A stretch of 44,837 nucleotides of DNA, filler included, from Asterias rubens (GCF_902459465.1; 2 parts of 2 records of this genome joined end to end with filler, not necessarily neighbours in it); one strand, 5' to 3'; shown: positions 21,065 through 32,826, counted from the whole stretch's first letter. Numbers and translations: made by a program. The notes: a model not told the origin generated them from the letters alone.

Positions 21065-22844
21065 TATGATCTGTCGTTTTCTCTCGCCGTCTGAAGAAGC
21101 ACTGCCTGCCAACACAAAAACACCCGATGAATAAAAGAAGTCTCACACGAGACAGTAACGTACAGGCAGGTCCGCAGGCAAACTCCATTGCTCATTATTG
21201 ATTCATATTTCAGTTTTCTCATTATAGTTTCATGTGGTTTAGTCACTGCTATCTTCGGTTCGGTATCCGAAACGTGACCGAAACGGTGCTTTACGACCAC
21301 CAAAACACACCCAACCGCAACCTCGTCCCCATGGTTTACTTTGTTTTCAACCATGTTTACAATAGTAAACCCTGGGATGGAAACTCCTATACTTGGATCC
21401 TGGTTGCACAACTATTTTACATTACTTGAATATGTTCCATATTCATAGGTACAGCCAGCCGCCGGTGTCGCATGCGGATATGTTCTCTATGCAATACTAT
21501 CCGGAGGACACTATTGCATATGCAATAATGTCCGCCGGACGGTTTTGCATATGTAATCGTGTCCGCCCGGACGCTGCTGCATAATGCAATGTGTCCGCGG
21601 TGACACATTTGAATATGCACTTGTGTCCGCCCCCGTGTAAAACCGTCCTTGCAGTAAATTAAACGCCATTGGTCGACGGAACACGTTCTCCTTTTTTTAC
21701 AAGCTATAAATGCAGGTCATGAAATTTTCGGCCGTTGGGTATTCGCTGCAATCATAAATACGTGAATATTCATGCTGCATATGTATGTATAGGTCCAGTG
21801 CATGCACACTCGTTTACGCGGGCACATACCATGTACAATGTCCACCGGATTGTTTTTGCATAGCCCCGGACACGATTGCATATGCAAAAGTCGACTGACA
21901 CCGCTACAACACTGCCACCGCAACGACATAGAGACTTCTTTACCCCGAAGTCAAATTTTGTACAGTAACTAGATCATGAACATACTCACCTTATATTATA
22001 AAAAATATGGTCAAAATAGATCGACTGCAGTGTTTTGCTGAATGTCATGTAAGGGTCAATAGAAGCAAAGCAATACCTTTGAATGTACATATCATACTCC
22101 ACTCCAACAAATTGCACAGTGACCAGTATTTACCTTCAAAGACTAGGCATAGGCATAATAGTGTAAAACTCACGCGCTGGAGGTCAACTGCATAAAATAT
22201 TCAGATTCAGTCCTTCCCGCGGAGTGCCCATGAACTCGGCGCAAGGTCGTGCCCTCTATTGTTGACTGTTTATAAAAAAAAACCTACACGGCAGTTAACG
22301 GTTGTATGGCTTCTGAATGGCACCCCTGACCACTATTGACAAAATAGGGACACCGCCAATATATAGGGCTAGATAGCTCAGTTGGTAGAGCGCCGGCACG
22401 TTTGTGCGAATTCCACTCTTCCTATAGTCAATTCTTTGTTCTTTATCACACGGCAATTCGACCCTGCAAGGTTTTAAACGGCCGTAGAACTAGTAACTAC
22501 CCTTTTATTCCCATTCATAAATAAGGGAATCAATGTTTGGTGAAGAGGTTTTCAACTAGTGGTTTAATCCCAACGAGACTGGTTCTCGATAAACTTTTAC
22601 CGAGACGAAGTCGAGGTAAATTAAGAACCAGGCCTCGGCGGGTTTAAACCACATAGTTGAAAACCGATTCAACACACTTTGATTCCCATTCATAAATACC
22701 TTTTCGGTCAAAAAACATCAACACTTTTGGTCAAAAAGTAAAATAAATGCAAACATTTTAATTGTTGAATGATTTCTTTCAACACAACACCCCTCCAGCT
22801 ATGAAACGGTAAGGCCCTCCTTCGGGTAAACAACTCCTTATAAG

Positions 22845-23510
22845 GGAATGCTGTGCGCGTCGCGCGTATCGCGTGATGTGGCACAACTGTCCCGGTGTGG
22901 CGGTTTCAGTCTTCCGCCGTGTTCAGTTTTCCGGGTGACGTTGTCGGTCATATCAGCACGCTGTTCGAACGGTTTTAGCTTTCCGGCGTGTTCAGTTTTC
23001 CGGGTGACTTGTCAGATACCTGCGCGAGTACCCTGGCGAGTACTGTTAGTTCTCTCAGCAGTGACCCCACATTGTTTACTACGATTCTTTTATGTGTAGT
23101 CACATATACTCTTGCCCCATCTGTACATGTATGGGTACAACTTCAGGCAGGTCACACTCTGCTTGCATAACAAAACAACTCATACGATCCACGCGAGGGT
23201 AACGGATGACTCAATACGGCACTAAAAATGGACTACTTTCGCTTGTTGTGCGCAGGCATCGCATGACGTAATGCTACCGTATTGGGTCATTCGGAAAACT
23301 GAACACAGCGGAAAGTTGAAACCACCACACCGGCCGTTGCTCTCGACCAATAGGAATTAAGCAACTGTCTTATAAGCACAGGTGCAAGCTCGCGTGTCAC
23401 TCACATGTTTAAACAGTTTTTTACTGGTCATAAACAAAGCTTTTTATACACACCACGTGACGCGCTCTCCACCAATAGGAATGGCGAAACTGTCTGAGGT
23501 ATTTATGAGT
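22845..23510. mobile_element. Repeat-derived segment with internal direct and inverted repeats, starting at the duplication breakpoint
   Basis: gtgttcagttttccgggtgac occurs twice (~22919, ~22988) and inverted as ggaaaactgaacac (~23294); ccaataggaat occurs twice. Confidence 0.5.
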
Positions 23511-23520
23511 ACCTTTTTGG

Positions 23521-23785
23521 TTAAAGACACTGGACAATATTGGTAATTGTCAAAGACCAGTCTTCTCACTTGGTGTATCTCAACATAATGCATAGAAATA
23601 ACAAACCTGTGAAAATGTCAGCTCAATCGGTCGTCGAAGTTGAGAGATAATAATGGAAGAAAAACACCCTTGACACACGAAGTTGTGTGCTGTCTGGTGC
23701 TTGATTTCGAGACCTCAAGTTCTAAATCTGAGGTCTCGAAATCAAATTCGTAGAAAATTACTTCTTTCTCGAAAACTACTTTTGA
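23521..23785 (-). mobile_element. Truncated copy of the 370-bp Kolobok-type MITE
   Basis: ttaaagacactggacaatattggtaattgtcaaagaccagtc... is the reverse complement of the 3' two-thirds of 3320-3700. Confidence 0.8.
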
Positions 23786-24161
23786 CCACACTGCTGAATA
23801 ATATGCGGTCATCTAACCGATAGTTGAACCTGCTATTTGGGGAAATACTTTGTTTGGTGCAGGCATTTAGCAATTTTTCGCATGTTCACATTATTTGGAC
23901 TATAGATAGTGTTTATAGTGTGCATGATCAATATCGTTATGACTTATGATGTTTTCTTTGAGGAACCGATTTTCTCTATTCTAGGATGAAGACCATTTTA
24001 TTTATTGTAGACGTTTATCACAGTGTATCCTAAGGCCCTTTCAAAACCGCGGCTTCGGCTCCAGAATCGGCTCATCAGCAGAGGCTAGCTTGGGTCCTCA
24101 CGAGGGTTCGGCGCTCAATCACTCCGCTCGCTCGAACCAATAAAAAATCTCACTCCGAGTT

Positions 24162-24760
24162 GGTCAACTTTAGGGATCGGTGATGACCGATTGCAAAAAG
24201 CCACCACCGATCCCTAAGTTGACTGATTGCAAAAAGCCACCACCGATCCCTAAAGTTGACTGATTGCAAAAAGCCACCACCGATCCCTGAAGTTGACCGA
24301 TTGCAAAAAGCCACCACCGATCACTAAAGTTGACCGCATGCAAAAAGCCATCACCGATCCCTAAAGTTGACCGATTGCAAAAAGCCACCACCGATCACTA
24401 AAGTTGACCGATTGCAAAATTCCATCACCGGTTGCAAAAGTTGACCGATTGCAAAAAGCCACCACCGATCCATAAAGTTGACCGATTGCAAAAAGCCATC
24501 ACCGATCCCTAAAGTTGACCGATTGCAAAAAGCCATCACCGATCACTAAAGTTGACCGATTGCAAAAAGCCATCAACGGTCGTGAATATGCATGACCGAT
24601 CGCTAATACCATCACCGATCATGAAAAAGCATGGCCGATCGCTAAAATGGACCACCGATCGTGTTTTACGACCGATTGCTAAAGTTGATCACCGATCGCA
24701 TAGGACCACCACCGATGACAAATTTGATCACCGGTTGCAAAAGACCATCACCGATGATTA
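24162..24760. repeat. 37-bp minisatellite (11 conserved copies plus degenerate tail) preceded by an inverted partial unit
   Basis: Unit gttgaccgattgcaaaaagccaccaccgatccctaaa; gattgc (one variant gcatgc) recurs at 24189, 24225, 24262, 24299 ... 24558; 24162-24185 is an exact reverse complement of part of the unit. Confidence 0.95.
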
Positions 24761-25019
24761 AATGCCTCTTTGGCGTTCCATAGATTTCTGAACTTGGCAT
24801 CTCTGCAACAAGCATAACTTGATCTTGACGACTGCAATACAATCGACGACCTATCTACTCTTCAGTCGGGGGGTATGGTAGAATGGGTAGACAGTAAGTT
24901 TGAATGAGTAATGCATAGTCACAGTGTGGCTTTGAAAATGATCAGAAGTTCACACCAAGTTTGGACATGACACTATTTGCTGCGCCGGCCAGTTATGGGG
25001 CGCCGTTTGTCCATTAATT

Positions 25020-25119
25020 NNNNNNNNNNNNNNNNNNNNNNNNNNNNNNNNNNNNNNNNNNNNTTAATTAATTAANNNNNNNNNNNNNNNNNNNNNNNNN
25101 NNNNNNNNNNNNNNNNNNN
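25020..25119. other. Assembly gap / synthetic contig linker
   Basis: 44 N + TTAATTAATTAA + 44 N = exactly 100 nt; the 12-mer has stops in all six frames. Confidence 0.9.
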
Positions 25120-25179
25120 ATAAGTTCAAATCAAAGTGTCGAATGTAATAATAAATAATATAATAATATTAAAAATACT

Positions 25180-25310
25180 GGAAAAGTTTCCGTATGGCGC
25201 CACCACTTTTTCATTCGATATTAAATAATATAGTATCAATGTCCAATAATGAGATATCCCTTTTTGTAAAAATGAGTGAAAAGGTGGTGGCGCCATACGG
25301 AAAGTTATCC
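25180..25310. mobile_element. Palindromic MITE
   Basis: tttccgtatggcgccaccac / gtggtggcgccatacggaaa inverted arms. Confidence 0.75.
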
Positions 25311-26873
25311 AAAATACTATTTGTAAAAAGTATGGAAGGCCCATACATACTGCCAAATACGCTGGATTCCCTCAAGAAACGGTCTTCTTTGATTTTTGTA
25401 AACTTATAATATTAGTTGAGTGCTGAGACAGTGTGAGCACTGCTTCCACGAAATTGCATTGCAAATGCAAGTTCGTCGTTCCACTTTCACCGATGCGATA
25501 GCTAGCGGAACGAACCTTTTCCATATGCAAAGTTCTAGGACCGTGTGGGTATGTTTGCCCGATCATGGGGACTTGCAATTGCAACTAACAAATAATTCGC
25601 AATAATTATTTACCTGTAGATTAAAATCTCCAAGAAAAACGTTTTTTTTTTCACAACAAACGAAGCGCAACCATCATTCGAACTCTTTCTCAACTTTCGC
25701 ATGAAACCTCTTCAGCTGCCCCTGACTATTTTGCTTTGCGCGTGTATTACAACAATGAAGTCTGGGGTATATACAATAGTTTTTATCAAACAACAGAGGT
25801 CGCTATTTTTTGTTAGCGACTGTTTAGCTGTTGCTGGCCGCATTATGATGTTCGTTGGCCAAGTGACGAGGCACGTCTTTGCCCGACATTTCTTCCTCCA
25901 TGATTTCCATCAGTGTCGTTTGAAGGATGAAAAGGGAATTTACATTTGTTTAGCTTTGATGTCAAGCTCTTACCATCGGACAAAATTGATCAAAATTCAA
26001 TCAGTTGATGTTAATTAACCGTCAACAAGACACAAGCCGGGACAAAATGATCCCCATGACACTGGCGGCCCCGCGATGTGCAGCAATTTTTGTTTGTGAA
26101 CTTCAAAACGGCCACTGTCGTAGTGCTTTTCAATGCGGAAATGTTTTTTCAAAATTGATTTGAAAAGCAAATCCTTAAACAACATCAGGAACATTTTTTA
26201 GGGTGGCAATTTTGATGAACAGAAAAACAAATTCCTGGCGGGCAGCAGGGGGAGACCCCCCTTATATTATTTAATATTTAGGGCGCCCTCTTGAAAACTT
26301 TCATAGCCCGCGGGATCAACTATCTATGCACAGGCGTAAACGTCACACAAAACAAAGACAATTGAAACACCATCCCCCCCAAAATTAACATTAAAGATAT
26401 GTTTTTTGTAATAAAATATTAATTTTTTATTGCCTCTAGATTTAATTTCAGGCAATATTTTTTATTTATTAAAACAACAACCCCTCGTCCCAACAAAATC
26501 ACAACTACACTTTTTTTTTAATTACAAGAAAACTGTTTAAAATATAATGGGCATTAAGCGAGGAGACTCCTGAAGACGATCATATAGCATACTAATCGAA
26601 TGGTTGAGTTGTCAACCGACGGTTCTTTTTTAGAACACTAAAATATATTGGTGCTAATACTTGGTCCTATCGCAACCTCACTAAACTATCCACGTTACAA
26701 AATGTATAACCCCAATCATGAGACTTTTTGTTCAATACTGATCAATTCTTTCGAACGGGTCCTTTGCAGGGGACAGTCAGAAAAGAGCAGATACTGATCC
26801 CTGTATCCCCGTTCTCAAAAAAACTATATTCTGTTGAGAGTTCTGTAGTAAAAAGTTGCAGTTTGAAGACCAG

Positions 26874-27044
26874 GGGTGGATTTCTCAAAGGTAGTCCTAA
26901 CTTAGGACTAGTCCTAGGCAATGCTAAGAGATAGGACTGGTCCTAAGTTAGGATGAGTTACTGGTCCTAACTTAGGACCAGTCCTATCTATTAGCATTGC
27001 CTAGGACTAGTCCTAAGTTAGGACTACCTTTGTGAAATCCACCC
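26874..27044. mobile_element. PIF/Harbinger-type foldback MITE with CAG TSD
   Basis: GGGTGGATTTC...GAAATCCACCC, near-perfect palindrome of ~80-bp arms, CAG on both sides; the empty site (gaagac tag cagaag) is visible in the neighbouring duplicate near 27255. Confidence 0.9.
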
Positions 27045-27311
27045 CAGCAGAAGTGGCTGTTATCAGATCCCTTATAAGGAACTAAAGACTGTCTTCTTCA
27101 CCAAGATGTCACTGGGCGAATCTTCCGAAATTCTTTCTATGCAGGGTACAGTCAGAAAGGAGCAGTTACTGATCCCTGTATCCCCAAGAACTTGAAAGGT
27201 GTTCTCAAAAAAACTAGTTTCTTTTGAGAGTTCTGTAGTAAAAAGTTGTTTGAAGACTAGCAGAAGTGGCTATTTCTGACCCCTCAAAGAACTAAAGGCA
27301 GTGGTCTTCCT

Positions 27312-27476
27312 TCACCAAGATGTCACGGGGCGAATCTTCCTCCACTCGGCTACTTTCGGGTTCGCTGCAACTCGGTCGAAAAGGGACTGCAGCTTGGGGA
27401 ACTTTGCCATGGAGTTCGGGAAGTAGATTTCAGCAAAGTCAACCATGGAGAAAAAATGTACGTCTGCCGCAGTCAA
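27312..27476 (-). CDS. GST: Sigma-class glutathione S-transferase, exon 5 (last)
   Basis: Acceptor ctctctccaatccag|; LTAADVHFFSMVDFAEIYFPNSMAKFPKLQSLFDRVAANPKVAEWRKIRPVTSW*; 165 nt. Confidence 0.93.
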   Translation of the reverse strand: MTAADVHFFSMVDFAEIYFPNSMAKFPKLQSLFDRVAANPKVAEWRKIRPVTSW

Positions 27477-27878
27477 CTGGATTGGAGAGAGAGACGTTAC
27501 AAAACAAATTCACTACTTTTGTGGGGTACACGTACTAGATACACTGCTGCATGTTGTTACCCCAAGCCAACACCAGCTATGTATATTATTTACAATTGTA
27601 TAGTAACAATTTATTATTTATAACCAAACCATCAAACCAACCATTCTACTCCAGTCTAGTCTAAAAAGTACTGGAACTTTTTGTTTTAATAGATGTTTAA
27701 ATTTGCATCAGGGCTGGAATATTGCAGATCTAGTCAATTCGCGTTTGTAAACCTTTGTGTCTCCAAACAAGAACGTGTTAGTGTATACGATTTGAGGACG
27801 GTAGAAATGATGTGAAATCTTTATCATGGACATTGGGCATAGGAGTTCCGGGCCGATGCTAGAGGACTCGAAGCCCAA

Positions 27879-28030
27879 AGACCTTATCGCAAATACCAAT
27901 GCGCAAGCGCAGACTGTTGAATGAGGTGCATTGTGGGATAGATATGGATCAAATTTGGATACCAGCTAGACCACAATGCACCTAATTCCAAGCTTTACGC
28001 GCGCGTCCCAGTATTTGCGAAAAGGTCTAT
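27879..28030. mobile_element. ~150-bp palindromic element in GST intron 4 (same family as 2490-2643)
   Basis: Near-identical to 2490-2643. Confidence 0.85.
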
Positions 28031-28129
28031 GTCGGATTTGGACTCCATCCAGGGACTGGACTTTCAACACTGACTGTAACAGTATGGCTGTCTGTAATAA
28101 CACTGGGTTCTTGTAGCGCTTTACCACAT

Positions 28130-28375
28130 CCCTGGCCTAAGCGTATCAAGCGCTCAGGTTTGTTTCCCTGCAAGGTACACGGTGCTGTAAAGCAATACAG
28201 CAAATCAAGCAAGGAACACCGGGGCGGAACCCCTTCTCTAAAACGATAAGTGCAATAGGTTCTTCTTGGTGCGCTACACAACACACGGGACCGAAGACAA
28301 ATGGTGGACACGGGTGTCACGACTATGGGACTCAAACCCAGACTCTGCTGATCAGAAACACCAGAGCTTGAGTCT
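28130..28375 (-). mobile_element. tRNA-derived SINE remnant in GST intron 4
   Basis: Reverse-strand B-box-like gggactcaaaccc followed by ctctgctgatcagaaacaccagagcttgag; body with gataagtgc...ggttctt...tacacaacacacgggacc, a core I recognise from marine-invertebrate SINEs. Confidence 0.6.
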
Positions 28376-28478
28376 GTGATCAGGGCGTGTCATTGTGACC
28401 AAAAGGTCCAAATAGGTTACTGAGGTTCTACCATGGATTTCAAAATAAACCAATGATGATGTTACGACCAGACCTCAC

Positions 28479-28586
28479 CTCATTGCCCACAAAGTAGTCT
28501 CCTGCGTGATCCTGCTCCAACAGCCGCGTCAGTCGCTGATAGATTAAGGGCGCCTCCACTTCCTTGAAGTTCTTGGTGTGTTTTGC
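28479..28586 (-). CDS. GST: Sigma-class GST, exon 4
   Basis: ctttctggcag|...|GTGAGG; AKHTKNFKEVEAPLIYQRLTRLLEQDHAGDYFVGNE; 108 nt, phase 0-0. Confidence 0.93.
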
Positions 28587-28876
28587 CTGCCAGAAAGTGA
28601 ATCATAAAAAATGGATGAAGTTTGGGAAAGTTTGGGAGCGTGTACTGTGATGTGGGAGGGTGATACAAAAGAAGGTGATATTATAAGAAGTTTGTGCAAA
28701 GTTCGCCACAATGCAGGGGGGGGGGGGGGGAGACACAGAATCTCCTGCCACACTGGCACGGCCCTCGTGAGAGGTTAGCGGAGGCCTACCCCCTCCTATT
28801 CTGGGGGCCTGTTTCCACTCGGTTTTTGAGAACCACCCCCCCCCCACACATTTTGGTTTATTTTAATAGTCATCAC

Positions 28877-28992
28877 CTTCTCCTCTTCGGATGTGGCGAA
28901 GAAGATGAGATCCCAGGGTGGTACGATGTCATCAGCCGTGTCGATTACAGTATCGATATAGAAGGCCTCGAGGTCGTCCTTCCCGAACAAAC
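28877..28992 (-). CDS. GST: Sigma-class GST, exon 3
   Basis: ttttctgtggcag|...|GTGATG; (G)LFGKDDLEAFYIDTVIDTADDIVPPWDLIFFATSEEEK; 116 nt, phase 1-0. Confidence 0.93.
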
Positions 28993-29083
28993 CTGCCACA
29001 GAAAACGACCGAGTTAATATTTGTTCTTGAAGGCGAGGACGGGAATGCAACAAAATAAATGAGTTTATGACTTTGTACATCAG

Positions 29084-29299
29084 GGCCCAATTTCATTGGG
29101 CAAATGTGCTTAGCATGAAACTACTTCCTCGATACCAACAAAGTTTCCATTTGTTGCATATTGCTTGGTACTGGTATTCAGCTGCTGTTTGCTTACCCTG
29201 AAAATCACGTGGAAATTTGGTTGGTAATCCTGTTTTCATCAAGGAAGAAATTTCATGCTAAGCAAATTGTTGTGCTTAGCAGCTCTACAAATTTGGGCC
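29084..29299. mobile_element. Harbinger-type MITE (ggcccaatttc...aaatttgggcc); family ends also near 31250, 36195, 37510, 39200
   Basis: Short TIR ggcccaa / ttgggcc flanked by CAG / TAG; internal gcttagca / tgctaagc inverted motifs. Confidence 0.65.
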
Positions 29300-30085
29300 T
29301 AGTGGTCAGATAACGCGGTAATTGAACCAGGAACTGGTTATTGAAAAGGAAAGCAAAAGTTGAATTTAAAAGCCATATCGAGTGACCAGTGGAAGTAGCC
29401 TGGCGTAAACAACAGTGTATGATGACACAGTCGAATGGTACTCGAAAATCGCAAAATCATGTTATGTGCACATAAACGATGTCATGAGTTTTTCATTAAT
29501 ATAATATTTTATACAAACAAAATTTGTGAAGTCGCATAAAATTATTTATGTTTATATTAACTCGACAACGTTCACTACGACATTGCAAATAATGTGCGTG
29601 TTCACTTCGCGAGTTGTGTCCTGTCGGGGCTACCGTAAGTGTGAAGGCAAACCATTCTTTATGCATGTACTACGTCGGTGTTAATTTTCTGTCTTCACAT
29701 ATCAACGCCCCCACGTTTTTTTACAACTGGCTCAATCAGACTAAAAGAATTTCACATCGGTGTTGTTTGGTAAGATCAAACTACCCAATATTGGTGTAAA
29801 TTGAACTTTACACAACCCCTGGGTAAACTTTGGGTTGGGTAAGGTTTACCCCGACTTTTGTGTCATGCTAGCTGGGAACAGAGTTTCTGTGGCTAAACAC
29901 TAGACTCATTATTATTGGGTAAAACATTTGCACAGGGCTAAGTCAATTCCTACCCTACGCAGTTCGGTAATTAGGCCTACCCTATTGAACTGACAACCAT
30001 ATTCCCGTAACCTAAAAAAAAAAAAAATTCACACAATACTTGTTACAGTGCGTGGGGAAACAAACCGAATACAAGAGATTCTTAC

Positions 30086-30178
30086 CATATTTCTTGGCCA
30101 AATAACGTATGATGGCTTTGCTCTGACCACATTTCTTGCCATCAATCTCCAGCATAGGAACTTGAAGTATCGGAATAG
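30086..30178 (-). CDS. GST: Sigma-class GST, exon 2
   Basis: tttttttgcccag|...G|GTAAGA; (S)[30 protein letters not shown](G), containing the cis-Pro loop and the QS glutathione-binding motif; 93 nt, phase 1-1. Confidence 0.93.
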
Positions 30179-30422
30179 CTGGGCAAAAAAAAAAACCATA
30201 ATGGTTTAGAGATTTTGTCATCATCACTTCGACCTATGCCGAATTTCCCCGAAGAAGTACTGCATGGAATAAAACAAATACCAAAAGTACAACACCCAAG
30301 CAAGGTACAAATGCTTAGCAGAATAAGTTTATAAGCCAAAATACCATTTCACGTGTACCTTCTGTGACTGTATCCCGCTCTTTTTGCTTGTGGAAAGTTG
30401 TTAAGCAATAATGCCTAAAGTT

Positions 30423-30810
30423 CAAAGACATTGGACACTGTTGGTAATTGTCAAGGACTAGTCGTCTCACTTGGTGTATCTCAACATATGCATAAAAGAA
30501 CAAACCTATGAAAATTTGAGCTCAATTGCTCGTCGAAGTTGCGAGATAATAATGAAAAAAAAACACCATTGTCACACGAAATTATAGTGTGCGTTTAGAT
30601 GGTTGATTTCGAGACCTCAAAATTCTAAATCTGAGGTCTCGAAATAAAATTCGTGGAAAATTACTTCTTTCTCGAAAACTACATCACTTTAGACGGAGCC
30701 ATTTATCATAATGTTTTATACCATCCAGCTCTCTCCATTACTCGTTACCAAGTGAGGTTTTATGCTAATAATTATTTTGAGTAATTACCAATAGTGTCCA
30801 CTGCCTTTAA
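30423..30810 (-). mobile_element. 370-bp Kolobok-type MITE, abutting another TTAA|AGG element starting at 30807
   Basis: Ends aattaccaatagtgtccactgcct|TTAA|agggaagg. Confidence 0.85.
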
Positions 30811-32210
30811 AGGGAAGGTATCGTTTGGTAGTCACTCCTAAAATGAATGGCAATCAACACGTGTACTTGGTAAGAAGTAGGGCTAGTAGACGTAAGGGGT
30901 ACATCAGCTTTCGATACAGTATACATCATGTTGTGAGACTCAATCCACTTTGAATAAATTTGGTAATCACTAATGGGAAAAGATATTATTTGTTATCCCC
31001 CAAATTTGAATCTGAGAAACGCTGTGATCAGAGAGAGACCTTGTCAGATTGTGTGCTCCAGATACGGTTTACTATTCCATTTTTGTGTGGGCATAATATT
31101 CGCTCCAGATTTTCAGCGATATCTCAAAAACGCTTCCATCTTTTGAAATGAAATTTTCACATGCTGGTTTTGTTGTTATTCTTTCTTATAGAATTAAAAC
31201 AATCGAACGGTTAAATGAATGAAGGGAAGTGTCTTATAAGGAGCTCTGTAAAATTGGGCCATAGTCTCATTTTCATGTCTACACGTAGGGCCTACGCTAT
31301 CTGGGGTGCGACACCGCCTTGAATAATAAGAGAATCAATGTGTGGTGAAGAGGTTTTAAACTAGTGGTTTAAACCCGCCGAGGCCTGGTTCTTGATAAAT
31401 TTACCGAGATTTCGGGGAGTAATTCAGCTTGCTGGTTAAAATACAAAGTGATGAACGAGGTTAGAATGTCAGAAATCCAAGTTGTGTACTCATTATGCTG
31501 ATTCAGGGGCCACACACGTGGCTGTGGTTATATCATCCGTTTAAACACCCCACGTGATGTCCCCCCCAATTGGAATGGATAAACTTTCCCAGGCATTTAT
31601 GAAAGGCTATTAACACCAACGTGTCCTTGTATAAACTTCAGTAGCAGAAATAAAACTTGGGTGTTTTCTTTGACCTTGGTAAGGGTCAGTGTGAACAGGA
31701 AAACGACGCGATGAACCGGGAAATTAACATGATAACAAGGAACAGTTATAGTTTGACCATGGTTTGACAATGGAGCATTAAACTGGATTGCTCCATGGTT
31801 TGACAGACATTACAAGAACAAAATTGAAAGAAAAGTGCAGATGAGTCATCAACATCTGGGAAGAGATGTATTTATTTTTTGTAACTTGCGAATAAATGTT
31901 TTATTACACAGTAAAGCCCACACACTAACATGAATACTGTTGTAAACGGTGACGAAATGTTCATTTTTTAGATGTGGGAGGAAAAACCTTTAAAGTGTGG
32001 AAAACCAACGCAATAGGGGATTTTAAAAAAAGCCATGCACTCCTCAACACAATACTCTTGACTAAGGTGGGAATTCAAACTGCCCTCTGCAGCGTCGACA
32101 GAATCGCCAGACAATCGCTTAGACAACATTACTTCAGAGAGGGTATTTTCTATGAATTTAGAATAATATTATGTGTTCAAAGTTCAATCATTTTTAACCC
32201 GAAAACTTAC

Positions 32211-32346
32211 ATGGTTTAATCGCCGGCCATTCAGCCTCCTCAAACCGGCAGTCCTCAAACGCCACTCCGGCCAGCCGAAACATGATTCTTATAGACTCAG
32301 CACGCCCCTTGCCGTTAAAATAATACAACTTGTACGAGGTTGACAT
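32211..32346 (-). CDS. GST: Sigma-class GST, exon 1; full CDS join(32211-32346, 30086-30178, 28877-28992, 28479-28586, 27312-27476) = 205 aa
   Basis: aaaaATG; MSTSYKLYYFNGKGRAESIRIMFRLAGVAFEDCRFEEAEWPAIKP with catalytic Tyr, GRAE and EW; donor T|GTAAGT. 136+93+116+108+165 = 618 nt in frame. Not in the ORF track. Confidence 0.95.
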
Positions 32347-32679
32347 TTTTCTGTTTTCTCAATGAATTCACAGACAAGATGTCTTCACGAAACATTTATA
32401 GCACTACAGTAGTGAGACACTTGTGACCCGTCATGCACCTTTCTGATTTTTTTTTTGACAATGGCAGAGCCACACCGAGCTATACACACTATTGTTCGTG
32501 ATCGATCAACTGAATGTGAATAATAAGTTGTTCCTTTGTAGAATGACCTTCCTGATATATATTTTGGCAACAGGAAAGTTATGTACATATTAAAGCCGTG
32601 TTTAGCTCCCTCAGCAAAATAAACACTGACCATGTTCACTTTAAACAATTTTTAAAGACCAAGAAAAGGGTTTGTTTGA

Positions 32680-32826
32680 ACGGAGCTCTGGAAGTGCCAT
32701 CTGGCATGTCGAGATCCTGACATATTTATCTCAGAATGACGACATGCTAAAGACAAATAAGTTTTTAAAAAACGAGATAAATAAGTTGGGATGTCAACAT
32801 GTCGGCTGGCACTTCTAGAGCTCCGT
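32680..32826. mobile_element. Palindromic MITE upstream of GST
   Basis: acggagctctggaagtgcca / tggcacttctagagctccgt. Confidence 0.75.

Larger units (their letters stand above)
11014..22844. repeat. Tandem segmental duplication, unit 2 (HNMT-like gene C plus a ~1.85-kb segment and a 4.5-kb LINE absent from unit 1)
   Basis: About 97-98% identical to unit 1 by hand count over the introns; extra segments at ~11705-13547 and 13885-18376. Confidence 0.9.

Noticed and set aside
24184-24580. 37-bp repeats of CRISPR-like length
   Set aside because: Units are directly adjacent with no unique spacers, no cas genes, eukaryotic context.
25020-25119. TTAATTAATTAA palindrome flanked by equal N runs
   Set aside because: Exactly 44+12+44 = 100 nt with six-frame stops: an assembly linker, not biology.
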